Source: a virus. Taken from it: a stretch of 64,000 nt of DNA. Positions 19,753-29,842 of the stretch are shown piece by piece (the first letter of the stretch is position 1; each line of letters begins with the position of its first letter). The DNA lies in the IMG/VR virus record IMGVR_UViG_3300033149_003257, positions 32,001 through 96,000 of that record; one strand, written 5' to 3'. A model generated the notes under the pieces. That model searched no databases and had not been told where the DNA came from. It was given only the letters and a program-made list of their open reading frames with translations. The translations under genes and the position numbers were made by a program.

Positions 19753-21052
19753 TATTTTCTCCTAATCTAACTACAAACCCTGTTCTATCTACTTGACTAG
19801 CAGAACATCCTCTAGAAATAACCCAAATTATTTTTTTTGGAAGTAATTTTCTATTTACTGTATTTATATTTTCACAACCGCCATCAGTGAACATTAAAAC
19901 AACATCTGATTTTTTCTTTTTTGCTTCTATAAGTGCAGGTAATAATACAGTACCACCTCTTCCTTTTATATTAAATTGAATATCTTTAACTTTTTTTACT
20001 TCATAAGTTTTTTGAACTTTAGTATCACATTCAATAACAAATGTTTTACAATATCTATCATTTTCTATAATATTTTTAATACCTGATAATGCTTCTAAAA
20101 TTTCCTCTTTTGACATGCTTCCAGATGTATCTATACCAATAACAATAGAAAATGAAAAATCTCTAGTTCTTCCAGGAAATGGAGATATTACAGGTAAATC
20201 TAAATAATCTTTTAAAACAAAAGTATATGTTCTTTTTCTATTAATTTTTGTGTGAGATCTTATAAATTTACTTAATCTTGTTCCTCTTACAAGTTTTCTA
20301 ATAATCTGATAATAAGGAACTTCTGGCGGTCTTAATAAATTTTCAAGTAAATCATTAATATATGAAGGAAGATTACCTCTTTGTTTATTAAAATTTTTAG
20401 CAGCTTCTTTAGCTATAGTCGAAACATAATTATTAATTTTTCGTGATAAAGAATTTAAATCAGAAACTTGTTCAGAAATATTTTCCCATCTTGAATGATC
20501 ATCAATATTTTTTCCACTACTATTTCCTTCTCCTTTATCATCATCAAAACTTAAATTATTATAATTAACTCTCTTACATCTTTTTAATAATTCTTGATAA
20601 TAAAATTCAGAAAACTTGTTTGGTGGTAAATTATAAATATCTGGAAAACAAAGTTTATATGGTTCAGAATTCACAGTAAGAACTTTTGGTAAATCTGCTT
20701 GTGTATTTACACAACAATCTGCTGCTTTATTCCATATTCTAGATTTTACTTCTTTATTATGATTATTCATTTCATTAGCTAAGACTCTTAACAATCTACT
20801 AATATGTTTATTTAATAAATGCATTCCTTCATGTTTTAATATATAATCTATAGTAGCATCATTAGTATTCTTTACCATTTCAGGTTGATATAATAAACTA
20901 ATGCTACCATCTGGTTCAGGAGCTACTCCCATTATAGCCGGTAATCTCGGTTCTGCTTTTCTTCTAACTCTTGAAAACAAATATCCCCAGTAACTATTTT
21001 CTTTTAATATAGATTTTGCAATTAAATCTTTTAATCTTTCACCTGGTTCCAT
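19730..21052 (-). CDS. DUF2201-type metallopeptidase plus VWA domain protein
   Basis: HEGMH zincin motif; DTSGSM MIDAS, GRGGT, FTDG. Confidence 0.9.
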   Translation of the reverse strand: MEPGERLKDLIAKSILKENSYWGYLFSRVRRKAEPRLPAIMGVAPEPDGSISLLYQPEMVKNTNDATIDYILKHEGMHLLNKHISRLLRVLANEMNNHNKEVKSRIWNKAADCCVNTQADLPKVLTVNSEPYKLCFPDIYNLPPNKFSEFYYQELLKRCKRVNYNNLSFDDDKGEGNSSGKNIDDHSRWENISEQVSDLNSLSRKINNYVSTIAKEAAKNFNKQRGNLPSYINDLLENLLRPPEVPYYQIIRKLVRGTRLSKFIRSHTKINRKRTYTFVLKDYLDLPVISPFPGRTRDFSFSIVIGIDTSGSMSKEEILEALSGIKNIIENDRYCKTFVIECDTKVQKTYEVKKVKDIQFNIKGRGGTVLLPALIEAKKKKSDVVLMFTDGGCENINTVNRKLLPKKIIWVISRGCSASQVDRTGFVVRLGENNEKRVKI

Positions 21053-21161
21053 TTTATTTCACCCATTCACTAATTTTTTCACGTTTTTTTATTTTAAAAT
21101 ACTCTTCTTCTGGTAATATCCACATATTTTTTACCCACCCCTTACCCTTATAACCATTTTA

Positions 21162-22376
21162 TTATTCTTTAGCACATTTTACTATGCTTTCATAAAAATT
21201 CTTTTTATAATCTATTGACTTTTTCATCAATTTAGAATGTATATTAGTAATATATTTAAATTCATCAGTACTTCTACCAAAAGAATCAATTTTAGAAACA
21301 AAAATTGCAGCTGTATCAATTGGCATTATACTTAAAAAACTTGCAATATTATTCAATTCTTTATCAGTATATTCTGGTCTAGAAGTAGTTAAATAAGTAC
21401 AAAAGCCAATCATTAATTCACCAAGTTTTGAATTATTATTATCATTAATTAGTTTCATTATTTGTGGTTTAACTTTGTCAAAATTTAAGAATACATCTTT
21501 TGGAGCAATATCTTTTTGATCTCTTATAAACTCTATAAACATTCTAGTTTTACTAATATTTAATAAACCAGATGCAAGACTTTCTATATCATTATAATGA
21601 GATCTAATTCCACCATTCATTTCAAATTTCCACATATGGTGTGACAATTTTTCCCAACTTGCTGGATTTGAATATACTGAACCGACTTTTTGTGCTTTAA
21701 AATCATATAAATAATCAGGATGTGCTTGAATAAATTCAATCACAGATGGGTGAAAATCATTTTCAATTGCATATTTTAAAAAGTCTGGAACACTAACTTC
21801 AGAATAAATATGCAATTGTCGTCTAAGTCCAGCAGCATCTTCTAAAGTATCCATACTATATTCTTGATCATCAGGATTATCAATAGATATAACAAACCAT
21901 CCTTGTGGAAAATGATATCTATGAATAGAATATTCATTCTGTACTTGCCAAAGTAATTGCTGTAAAGAGTGGTCTCCTCTTGAAAATTCATCTATAACAA
22001 AAAGACCATAACTATGTTTATCTTTTGGAACAAAATCTGAATATAACATCTTAAAACTTGTTTCTCCATCATTTACAACTGGAAATGGAATAATAAAATC
22101 ATCTCTAGAAAGTACAGGAGCTTTAACCATAATAATATCAAAATTTATATTTAGTTCTTTAGTAAGTTCATTAGCTATTTGATAACAAATTTGAGTTTTT
22201 CCAACTCCTGCTGGACCAATTATATGAAAACATTGTCTTTCTACCTGCCTTCCTTTATTCCAAGCATTTAAAGTATTTTTAATATCATTTTTAATTATAT
22301 CTTTAATTTTAGAAATTGATAAAATAGAAATATTTAATCTATCTACATATTTTAATTCTTCACCATTCTCCGACAT
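21162..22376 (-). CDS. MoxR-like AAA+ ATPase
   Basis: GPAGVGKT, FVIDEFSR, SNPASWE; adjacent to VWA gene. Confidence 0.85.
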   Translation of the reverse strand: MSENGEELKYVDRLNISILSISKIKDIIKNDIKNTLNAWNKGRQVERQCFHIIGPAGVGKTQICYQIANELTKELNINFDIIMVKAPVLSRDDFIIPFPVVNDGETSFKMLYSDFVPKDKHSYGLFVIDEFSRGDHSLQQLLWQVQNEYSIHRYHFPQGWFVISIDNPDDQEYSMDTLEDAAGLRRQLHIYSEVSVPDFLKYAIENDFHPSVIEFIQAHPDYLYDFKAQKVGSVYSNPASWEKLSHHMWKFEMNGGIRSHYNDIESLASGLLNISKTRMFIEFIRDQKDIAPKDVFLNFDKVKPQIMKLINDNNNSKLGELMIGFCTYLTTSRPEYTDKELNNIASFLSIMPIDTAAIFVSKIDSFGRSTDEFKYITNIHSKLMKKSIDYKKNFYESIVKCAKE

Positions 22377-23296
22377 TAAAATTCTCCATCAAAATCAATA
22401 TCATCAAAACTTACAAAAGTCTCACCAATGTCTTCTTTTGGTTTCTCCTCCACTTTTTCTTGTCCTTGAGGAGAATCAAACTTTTGTGAATCAGAAACTT
22501 GAGTTTCTGCATAACCAGTTATATCTCTTCTATTTTTCGACCAATCAAATTTTTCATTAAAATTAGAAAGAGTTTTCTTAGAAATTTTTAAAATCTGTTT
22601 AACTGTTTCATCTTGTACTTGATTTCCTTCTTCTAATTTAAAAACTTTTCTATTTCCAAAATTAGTAGGAACTTCAGTTATAGTTACTTTTGTAACAAAT
22701 CTTTTATTATTGACAACAGCTTTTTCAAATCTAGTAGATTCTGGAGTTACAGGTTTAAATAATGGAGAAAGATCTTTTTGGGCCATTTCATTAAGATATT
22801 CTGAAACATTTGAATATCTTACTCCTTTAGCTCTAATAAAAAGAAATATTGGTTTTTTATCTTGACCAACTATTGGTTTTCCACTTTCTTCACAATAAAT
22901 TCCTGTAACAATTAATTGAGCTCTACAAGCATTACAAAACTCATCAGAAGCTCTTTCTGCTGAATTAGAACCACATACTTTACCACTTGTTCCTTTCCAA
23001 GGAAGTGGACCACTTTGAAATGAAAAACATTCTACACTATCTCTTCCTTGTTTAGAAATTACTTTTGCTAAAACTTGTTTAACATGAGTAATAATCATAT
23101 AAACAGAATCTAAATTATATTCTACTCCTCTTAATTGAATCTTACCTGCTTGTTCTGTAACATTAATATGATTATTTCTAGTTTGACCAGCAATATAAAT
23201 AGAATGAAAAAATTCATCTTCTGGAGCAATTGGTTGTTTACTTTCAAAACCTGTACTATCCAACCCTTCAAATTCTTCCATACTAAAATCTTCCAT
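22376..23296 (-). CDS. putative single-stranded DNA-binding protein
   Basis: 306 aa, beta-rich with Cys cluster and acidic tail ending DDIDFDGEF; function inferred. Confidence 0.45.
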   Translation of the reverse strand: MEDFSMEEFEGLDSTGFESKQPIAPEDEFFHSIYIAGQTRNNHINVTEQAGKIQLRGVEYNLDSVYMIITHVKQVLAKVISKQGRDSVECFSFQSGPLPWKGTSGKVCGSNSAERASDEFCNACRAQLIVTGIYCEESGKPIVGQDKKPIFLFIRAKGVRYSNVSEYLNEMAQKDLSPLFKPVTPESTRFEKAVVNNKRFVTKVTITEVPTNFGNRKVFKLEEGNQVQDETVKQILKISKKTLSNFNEKFDWSKNRRDITGYAETQVSDSQKFDSPQGQEKVEEKPKEDIGETFVSFDDIDFDGEF

Positions 23297-23506
23297 TTAT
23301 AATTCTCCTTCTGTATTGTTTTTTAAAAAAGGTTTATAATAATTAGAAAATATTTTTAAATTTTCTATATAATTTTTATTATTCTTTTCTTTTTCTTTTT
23401 TATCTAGTTTTTTAAGACAATGATGAGTATATATTATATTTTTCTTACATCAAGAATGTTCTTTACATATACAAGAAACTAAACAATTTTTACATGGATC
23501 TTCCAT
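23297..23506 (-). pseudogene. 69-codon PCxxC ORF interrupted by one in-frame TGA (nonsense mutation or recoding)
   Basis: MEDPCKNCLVSCICKEHS*CKKNIIYTHHC...NTEGEL; TGA at 23450-23452; frame ends exactly at the next gene's ATG. Confidence 0.55.
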
Positions 23507-23777
23507 TAAAATTTTAATGCACTCCATAATGAAATAAATATTAAGATTACTGCTAAAAAGATAAATAAAGGAAAAATATATTCGCCTACATTAAATTTTC
23601 TTTTTTGTAACTTTTGTACTCCGTTAAAATCTACATAATAATTTTCTTCTTTTATATTCTCTTTTTGATATTTTTTAATATTATTTTTTTTCATTTTCAA
23701 TAAAATATTTTTTTAAATTCATCACATAATTCATTACAATTATTTTTAAACAAACAATCTTTACATGGGTTTTCCAT
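23506..23777 (-). pseudogene. PCxxC protein with C-terminal membrane helix, split by a frameshift in an A7 run
   Basis: MENPCKDCLFKNNCNELCDEFKK (ATG at 23777) stops at 23697; one extra A would fuse it to ORF 23506-23700. Confidence 0.5.
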
Positions 23778-23803
23778 TTTATAACTTCATCATTTTTTAA
23801 TTT

Positions 23804-24376
23804 TTATTTATTTGGAAATAAACACCAATTACTTGAATTCCGATCATTAGGTATAGTAACTAAAGAAAATTCATTATTAAACCAACATTTCATATATTTT
23901 TCTGTTAATTCACTTGAAATAAATTCCCTTACTTCTTCAAATGAAAATTCATGATCTATATTTTCAATAGTTATTGGACTTACTTTTCTTACTTTTGAAT
24001 CAGTTATTTCACCACTTATTAATTTTGGATGAGGACAATAAACAATAACTAATTTATTACCAACTAATCTGAATATTTCATTTTTATACAAAAAACAATT
24101 TAAATCTAAATCATATGTAACTTTTTTTGCATTTAATACTCTGTCTATAGAAGTATGTTGTCTGCAAAGAATTCCTTCATCCTTTTTAGATTTACAAATT
24201 TCACAATCGTCTGGAGATAATGTATATTTAGTACCACGTATTTCAAATGTTGGATCAGCAGCTCTTTGGAAATATGATAATATTCTTCTTCTGTTTAACA
24301 ATAACTTTATTACCGTAATTGGATACAAATCACAAGCTAATCTTTCAATAAATTTTTCAGTAGATTCTAATTTCAT
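23804..24376 (-). CDS. hypothetical protein with CxxC...C..H zinc site
   Basis: 190 aa, GGAGG RBS, CEIC...LCRQH. Confidence 0.75.
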   Translation of the reverse strand: MKLESTEKFIERLACDLYPITVIKLLLNRRRILSYFQRAADPTFEIRGTKYTLSPDDCEICKSKKDEGILCRQHTSIDRVLNAKKVTYDLDLNCFLYKNEIFRLVGNKLVIVYCPHPKLISGEITDSKVRKVSPITIENIDHEFSFEEVREFISSELTEKYMKCWFNNEFSLVTIPNDRNSSNWCLFPNK

Positions 24377-24460
24377 TTAAAAAACTACCTCCTAGTTTTT
24401 TGAGTTTTTTCCAACAAAAATTTGATTTTGAAACAAAAACAACAATTAAATTTATAGAAA

Positions 24461-24556
24461 CTTCTGTCATTATTATTATTAGCAATAACTAATATTTACA
24501 TATCAATAAAAATGATTGTAGATAAAAGCTATTGCTAACAGTCATAATGACAGAAG
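24461..24556. other. long imperfect intergenic hairpin
   Basis: CTTCTGTCATTAT/ATAATGACAGAAG plus nested TTAGCAATAACT/AGCTATTGCTAA and TACA-ATCA/TGAT-TGTA arms. Confidence 0.65.
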
Positions 24557-24623
24557 CCTTGCGATTACCAAACTAATAATATATCAACTATATTAATAAT
24601 TGGTATATTACTTTAAAATTTTA

Positions 24624-24788
24624 TTATTCCATATTATCATTATCATTATTATTTAGTAAATTTTTTTGTACTGGAATATTTAGAAATTTTGCTAATTTAA
24701 TTAAAAGAGAAACATTAGATTTCCTAACTGAATCTATTATTCTATTTCTTAATTTTTTAATTTGTTTTATTCTTTCTGTTTCAAACAT
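24624..24788 (-). CDS. small hypothetical protein
   Basis: Start MFETER follows an AAGGTGGAG RBS. Confidence 0.55.
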   Translation of the reverse strand: MFETERIKQIKKLRNRIIDSVRKSNVSLLIKLAKFLNIPVQKNLLNNNDNDNME

Positions 24789-24870
24789 AAACTCTCCACC
24801 TTTATTTTTGTTGTAAAAATCCCATAATAATTTTTTCAAAAAATAAAACAACCTTCTATTTCTATCAATA

Positions 24871-24883
24871 ATTTATATATATA
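24871..24883 (-). promoter_or_regulatory. candidate promoter motif TATATATATWAWT
   Basis: Same 13-mer pattern at 38054-38066 and 49807-49819; all intergenic and oriented toward downstream genes. Confidence 0.4.
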
Positions 24884-24889
24884 GAAAAA

Positions 24890-25144
24890 TTATTTATCCA
24901 ATAATTCTAAAGAAGCCGGTTGTTTGTAATTAGATAAATCAATCAATACATTTCCGTTTTCAAATCTATCAGCAGCTTTAATTCTCTCTTTCACTTCTAG
25001 TGGCATAGCAGTATCAGTTAGATATACATAAATACCATTCTTAAAATTAAAAACCATACCATCACTGGTTTGTTCTACTTGAACAAAATCCTTCCTATCT
25101 GAACTAATATTAATAGAACCTTTTTTTATTTTAATCAATTGCAT
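24890..25144 (-). CDS. hypothetical protein
   Basis: 84 aa ORF. Confidence 0.7.
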   Translation of the reverse strand: MQLIKIKKGSINISSDRKDFVQVEQTSDGMVFNFKNGIYVYLTDTAMPLEVKERIKAADRFENGNVLIDLSNYKQPASLELLDK

Positions 25145-25736
25145 TAATCTTTTCCTTATTCTCAGAAATTTTTAAAACTACCAACATTCTAGATTTTTGG
25201 GAAATCCTTACAAACCATTCTAATAAATCATCTTTATTATATGTTCTCAAAAATTCTGATATCATCCAAGTATTTAAATGTGTATCTATTTGTTCTAAAA
25301 TAGCTTTTTCAATTAATACACTATTTTGTTTACAAAAACTATTAATATTAATAGATTTTAAATCTACTCCCATAAAGTTCCAAACAAATGATAAAAAATC
25401 TATATGATTGAATTCTAAAAATTCTAAATATATATATATATTATCACAATCAATTTGTTCAAAAATATTTATATTTTCCATAAATTCAAAATTATATATT
25501 TCTAAAATCTTTTCCAAAACTCTGCGACAAAATATTATTTGATCTTCTAAAATAGTTTGTTTTATATATATAATCTCATTTAAATAAATATTCTTAAATT
25601 CATCTTTACCAATATTTTCAAGGATCTCTAAATAACTATATTCACGATTTACTTCTAATATACTTTGTTGATCTTCATCATCCATCTCTAAAACATGAAA
25701 TGAATTTCCCCATAAAACTTCATTTGCTACATCCAC
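25131..25736 (-). CDS. hypothetical protein
   Basis: 201 aa ORF directly downstream of rpoB. Confidence 0.7.
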   Translation of the reverse strand: MDVANEVLWGNSFHVLEMDDEDQQSILEVNREYSYLEILENIGKDEFKNIYLNEIIYIKQTILEDQIIFCRRVLEKILEIYNFEFMENINIFEQIDCDNIYIYLEFLEFNHIDFLSFVWNFMGVDLKSININSFCKQNSVLIEKAILEQIDTHLNTWMISEFLRTYNKDDLLEWFVRISQKSRMLVVLKISENKEKINAID

Positions 25737-25739
25737 AAT

Positions 25740-28700
25740 TTATCTCCCTAACATAAGTGATACAAAATAAGAATTTAATAATTCTCTAGTTGGTGATGAT
25801 TTAGATTCTCTATATTCTGCTGAACCTGTTTGAATAATATCTGAAATAATCTCATTTTTTGTAACATGATCATCACTTAATGGTCCAAAAAATTCAGATA
25901 AAATTTTTGGACAATTATAAGACACTAAAGCCCAAGTATCTTGTTCACCAACTCTTTGTCCTCCTTCTCGTCTCTTTCCAGATAATGGTTGTAAAGTTTT
26001 TTGTTTAACTGGACCAGTAGATCTAGTATGTATTTTTGAAGAAGCAAGATGTTCCATTTTTTCAATATACATATAACCAATCGGAACAACATTATAAGTT
26101 TTTGTATTAAATTCTGGAAGTTTTAAATAATAACCAGATTTTAAATTTAATATTTTCATACATTGTAAAATATCTTTATAAGATGGTGCTTTAAAAGGTG
26201 GAATAATTATTGGAACAAAACCATTATTTTTAATTTGATTAATCATTTCTTTAAATTTATTATCACTCATTTTAGAAATATTATTAGTTAAAGATGATAT
26301 AAATTTTTGTCCTTTTGATTTATCTAATGGTTTTAAAACTGAATTTAAAATATTTACTACCTTAGATTTTGTATTATTTTCTATTATTATATTTGCTAAT
26401 TTTTTTGAAATTAAACCACAATATAATTCATATATTTGACCCATATTCATTCTACCGATGACTCCGAGTGGATTTAAAATAATATCTACTGTTTCACCCC
26501 AAGGAGTTCTGGGCATCAAAGAATCTTTTTCAATTAATGAAATAATACCTTTGTTTCCATATCTATTACATAATTTATCTCCAATTTGAACTTTTAATTC
26601 TTGTTCAATTTTAAATTTTATAAGTACACCTTTTATAGAAACTCCTCTTATTGTAAACCGTTCTTTTTTCTTTCTTTCATATCTTTTATTAGTTCTTTTA
26701 ATTAAATCTTGTAATATTGGAAACTTATCTTCATTAATATTACAAAACACCTCTATATCAACAACTATTCCACCAGGACTTTTCTTTATATATTGACCAG
26801 AAGATATTTCTGAATTTTCATCTTCTAATTCTTCTATTCCAATTAATTCTTCTATTTCTCCAATTGATCTCCTTAAAAGAGGTTTTCCTTTTTCAATATG
26901 TTCTCCAATTTTACAAATATATAATAATCTATCTTCAGAAGATACAGGAGCTTCTTCTATAATACCATGTAATGAAGTCAACATATCATTAGAAACCAAT
27001 CTTTCATTTATAACAATTCCATCTTCAAAATTATATCCTTTATATGGCATAAGAGCTACTAATAAAGTTCTGCCTAAAGATATACTTCCTCCAGATACAC
27101 AAGCTCCTTCAGCAACTATTTCATTATTCTTTACAATCTGACCTTTTTTAACTTTTACTTTAAAAACACTTAATGTATCTTTTCCAGAACCAGATTTCAA
27201 ATGAAATGGTGATATATCTAGTTCATGTTTATCACCATTTTTACATATAATAATAATACTATCTTTTGTTATATTAAAAACTTTACCATTACATGGAGAT
27301 CTTTTAATAAAACTATCAGATAATACATTACTAAGAATAGACTCATAACCAGATTGTATTACCGGAGGTGATGGATTTTTTAATGGTAATGCTTGTCTTG
27401 CTTGACTACATGAAAACATAACTCTTGGACCATCATTATTTTCTATAAATGGAACCATACAAGAAGCAGATGACAACATTCCAGAATATTCATTGTCAGA
27501 AATATCTTTTGTTGTAAATAAACCTCTAGCAGATGTAATTAAAGCATCAACAGTTAAATATTGGATAATTCCAACATTACTACCTTCTGGAGTATCCAAT
27601 GGATCAATATTTCCAAAATAAGATGGATGTACATTTCTAGCTTCTAATTGTATAGCTCCCTTATCTGGGATTCCACCAATATTCTTTCCAACAGGAGAAA
27701 CTCTTGTCATAACTGATAATTCTTCAATAGGATTTGCATATTCCATATTAGAAACGATTTCAGAATTTATAAAATCTCTTAAAACTTTATCTGAAACTAA
27801 GTTAAACACTGCATTTTTATTTCCAGATAATACTTGTTCTTTATATTCTGTATAAGCAGCAAGAATTTGTTTTTGTGCTAAATTTACCAAAACTTCTGAA
27901 TTTCTTATTCTTTGATTAGATAAATCATTTCTTTTTTCTTCAAAACCAGTTACAACTTTACTGGCCATATATTTCATAATATCATCTAATTCAGTAGGTA
28001 ATTGTTTATTTACTAAAATTTGTTTAACAACCGGATCAACAATATTTTCTAAATTAGTTGATAAGAGATAAGTAGAATTTACTCTTCCAGTAATTTTTGT
28101 AATTAAACTATTAAAATACTCTTTACTTCCAAAAGGATATTGTATATTAAATTCATCCGGTTTACTTCTAGAAAAAGATTCACATAATTCAAATTTTAAA
28201 TCATTATCTACATTCTCAAAAACAACATATTCATTTTCATTTATTTTTGTAAACATCTCATCTTTTTTGGGTTTACTTTGAACAATTTTATATTTTAAAT
28301 TATATTTCTTAATTGTATTTTCAAAACCAAAACTATAACATAAAACTATAAATAATGATAATTTATATGAACCCATATATATTTCTAACCAATGATTTTT
28401 TCTGGTTCTTTTACTTTGTATATGAAATTTTGAATATGAACTTTCAAATTTCGAATCATAAGCTTTTGGAAATGTTATTGGACATAAAACTAATTGATTA
28501 ATTAAAATCTTCTTATCACCATTTAATCTAAAAACTCCAAATTTATCAATTTTAGGAACTTCAATTTCAACTTCATGTGTATTACCAAACTCATCTTTTA
28601 AAATTGTTTTTATAATAGATATATCAGATTTATCTATTTCAGTTGCTTTACTTTGTTTATCAACAATATTCATAGATACTATTTTTAATGGAATTTCTTT

Positions 28701-29831
28701 CCTTTCTAAAACTTTAAAAGAATTTTCCATATCTTTTTTCAAATTAATTTCAAAATCAATTTGTCTCTTTTGAAACAAATGTTCTGGTGATTTATCATCA
28801 ACCATTTTTGGAATATTTAATAACTCATTTATCATATTATCAGATAAAGAAATAGTTTTCTCTGGTTTTAATAATTCATCTGAATATGTATTATCAACAT
28901 TTTTTAAAGCTGTTTTAGTTTTATCTTTTGGAATCATTTTAGATAATCTATTAGATTTTTCCAAATCTCCACTAGTTTGATAAAGTATTGAAGCAACTGT
29001 TAATTTATCTATTTCTTCATCATTTAATTCATCTGAATTTATAGAATCTACTAAATCTGGTTGATTTTTTAAATAAGAAGATACTGCATTTTGAACTTTT
29101 GAAGAAGTATTCTTATTAATTACATCAGACACTTTTTTAATAACATTAGTAGATGCTTTATTAACTTCTACTTCCTCATCTTTTTCTAGATCAATTAATT
29201 TAATATTTCGAACATATTGTAATAATCTAGAAAATTGATAATTTTTATCTTTTATTAAAACTCTATATTTTGAACTATCAAGAGAGACAATATTTAATAA
29301 CATATGATCAAATAGAAAGTCATTATCTTTTAATTGCTGAACAATTGGAAATATCTTTCTATTAACAAATTGATTTAAATTTTTTGTAACATTAATAGAA
29401 TAAAATAAAACCTTTCTATAATTTTGTGGAAATTCATCTTGTATTTTTAGTAAAATATTCTTAATTAAAAATCCAGATCTTTGTCTATAATTAGTCGGTT
29501 TATAAATAGAATCTATTGCTTGTAAATAAGCTGATAAATCAAAAAATAAATTTTTATCAGAAGGAAATTTCATTGCAGTACTAAAAGCAAATAATTTATA
29601 GGATTTATATAATTTTCTAGTATCAGATAATAATCTTGTTCTCGGTATTTTTGTAATTGGAATAACAACATTTTTAACATCAATATTTCTAATTCCTAAT
29701 TTTGTATAATCATCTAATAATGTAGAATTTTCAGGAAAGAAAATAAGTAAATAAGGTCTTTCTCTATCTTGAGGAAATCTAATATTACTTACTACTCTTG
29801 TATATTGTTTTATATCATCAAATTTTAACAA
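25740..29831 (-). CDS. rpoB: DNA-directed RNA polymerase beta subunit (phage, unsplit, N-terminally extended)
   Basis: RNVHPSYFG..DP.DTPEG, GYNFEDG, GDKLCNRYGNKG, NPLGVIGRMNMGQ, EHLASSKIHTRSTGP, GGQRVGEQD. Confidence 0.95.
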   Translation of the reverse strand: MLKFDDIKQYTRVVSNIRFPQDRERPYLLIFFPENSTLLDDYTKLGIRNIDVKNVVIPITKIPRTRLLSDTRKLYKSYKLFAFSTAMKFPSDKNLFFDLSAYLQAIDSIYKPTNYRQRSGFLIKNILLKIQDEFPQNYRKVLFYSINVTKNLNQFVNRKIFPIVQQLKDNDFLFDHMLLNIVSLDSSKYRVLIKDKNYQFSRLLQYVRNIKLIDLEKDEEVEVNKASTNVIKKVSDVINKNTSSKVQNAVSSYLKNQPDLVDSINSDELNDEEIDKLTVASILYQTSGDLEKSNRLSKMIPKDKTKTALKNVDNTYSDELLKPEKTISLSDNMINELLNIPKMVDDKSPEHLFQKRQIDFEINLKKDMENSFKVLERKEIPLKIVSMNIVDKQSKATEIDKSDISIIKTILKDEFGNTHEVEIEVPKIDKFGVFRLNGDKKILINQLVLCPITFPKAYDSKFESSYSKFHIQSKRTRKNHWLEIYMGSYKLSLFIVLCYSFGFENTIKKYNLKYKIVQSKPKKDEMFTKINENEYVVFENVDNDLKFELCESFSRSKPDEFNIQYPFGSKEYFNSLITKITGRVNSTYLLSTNLENIVDPVVKQILVNKQLPTELDDIMKYMASKVVTGFEEKRNDLSNQRIRNSEVLVNLAQKQILAAYTEYKEQVLSGNKNAVFNLVSDKVLRDFINSEIVSNMEYANPIEELSVMTRVSPVGKNIGGIPDKGAIQLEARNVHPSYFGNIDPLDTPEGSNVGIIQYLTVDALITSARGLFTTKDISDNEYSGMLSSASCMVPFIENNDGPRVMFSCSQARQALPLKNPSPPVIQSGYESILSNVLSDSFIKRSPCNGKVFNITKDSIIIICKNGDKHELDISPFHLKSGSGKDTLSVFKVKVKKGQIVKNNEIVAEGACVSGGSISLGRTLLVALMPYKGYNFEDGIVINERLVSNDMLTSLHGIIEEAPVSSEDRLLYICKIGEHIEKGKPLLRRSIGEIEELIGIEELEDENSEISSGQYIKKSPGGIVVDIEVFCNINEDKFPILQDLIKRTNKRYERKKKERFTIRGVSIKGVLIKFKIEQELKVQIGDKLCNRYGNKGIISLIEKDSLMPRTPWGETVDIILNPLGVIGRMNMGQIYELYCGLISKKLANIIIENNTKSKVVNILNSVLKPLDKSKGQKFISSLTNNISKMSDNKFKEMINQIKNNGFVPIIIPPFKAPSYKDILQCMKILNLKSGYYLKLPEFNTKTYNVVPIGYMYIEKMEHLASSKIHTRSTGPVKQKTLQPLSGKRREGGQRVGEQDTWALVSYNCPKILSEFFGPLSDDHVTKNEIISDIIQTGSAEYRESKSSPTRELLNSYFVSLMLGR

Positions 29832-29842
29832 AAATTAATCTC

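Noticed and set aside
23697-23720. Programmed -1 frameshift joining the PCxxC ORF to the membrane ORF
   Set aside because: The A-run is not phased as a canonical X XXY YYZ heptamer and no stimulatory structure is evident; a homopolymer indel or sequencing error is simpler.
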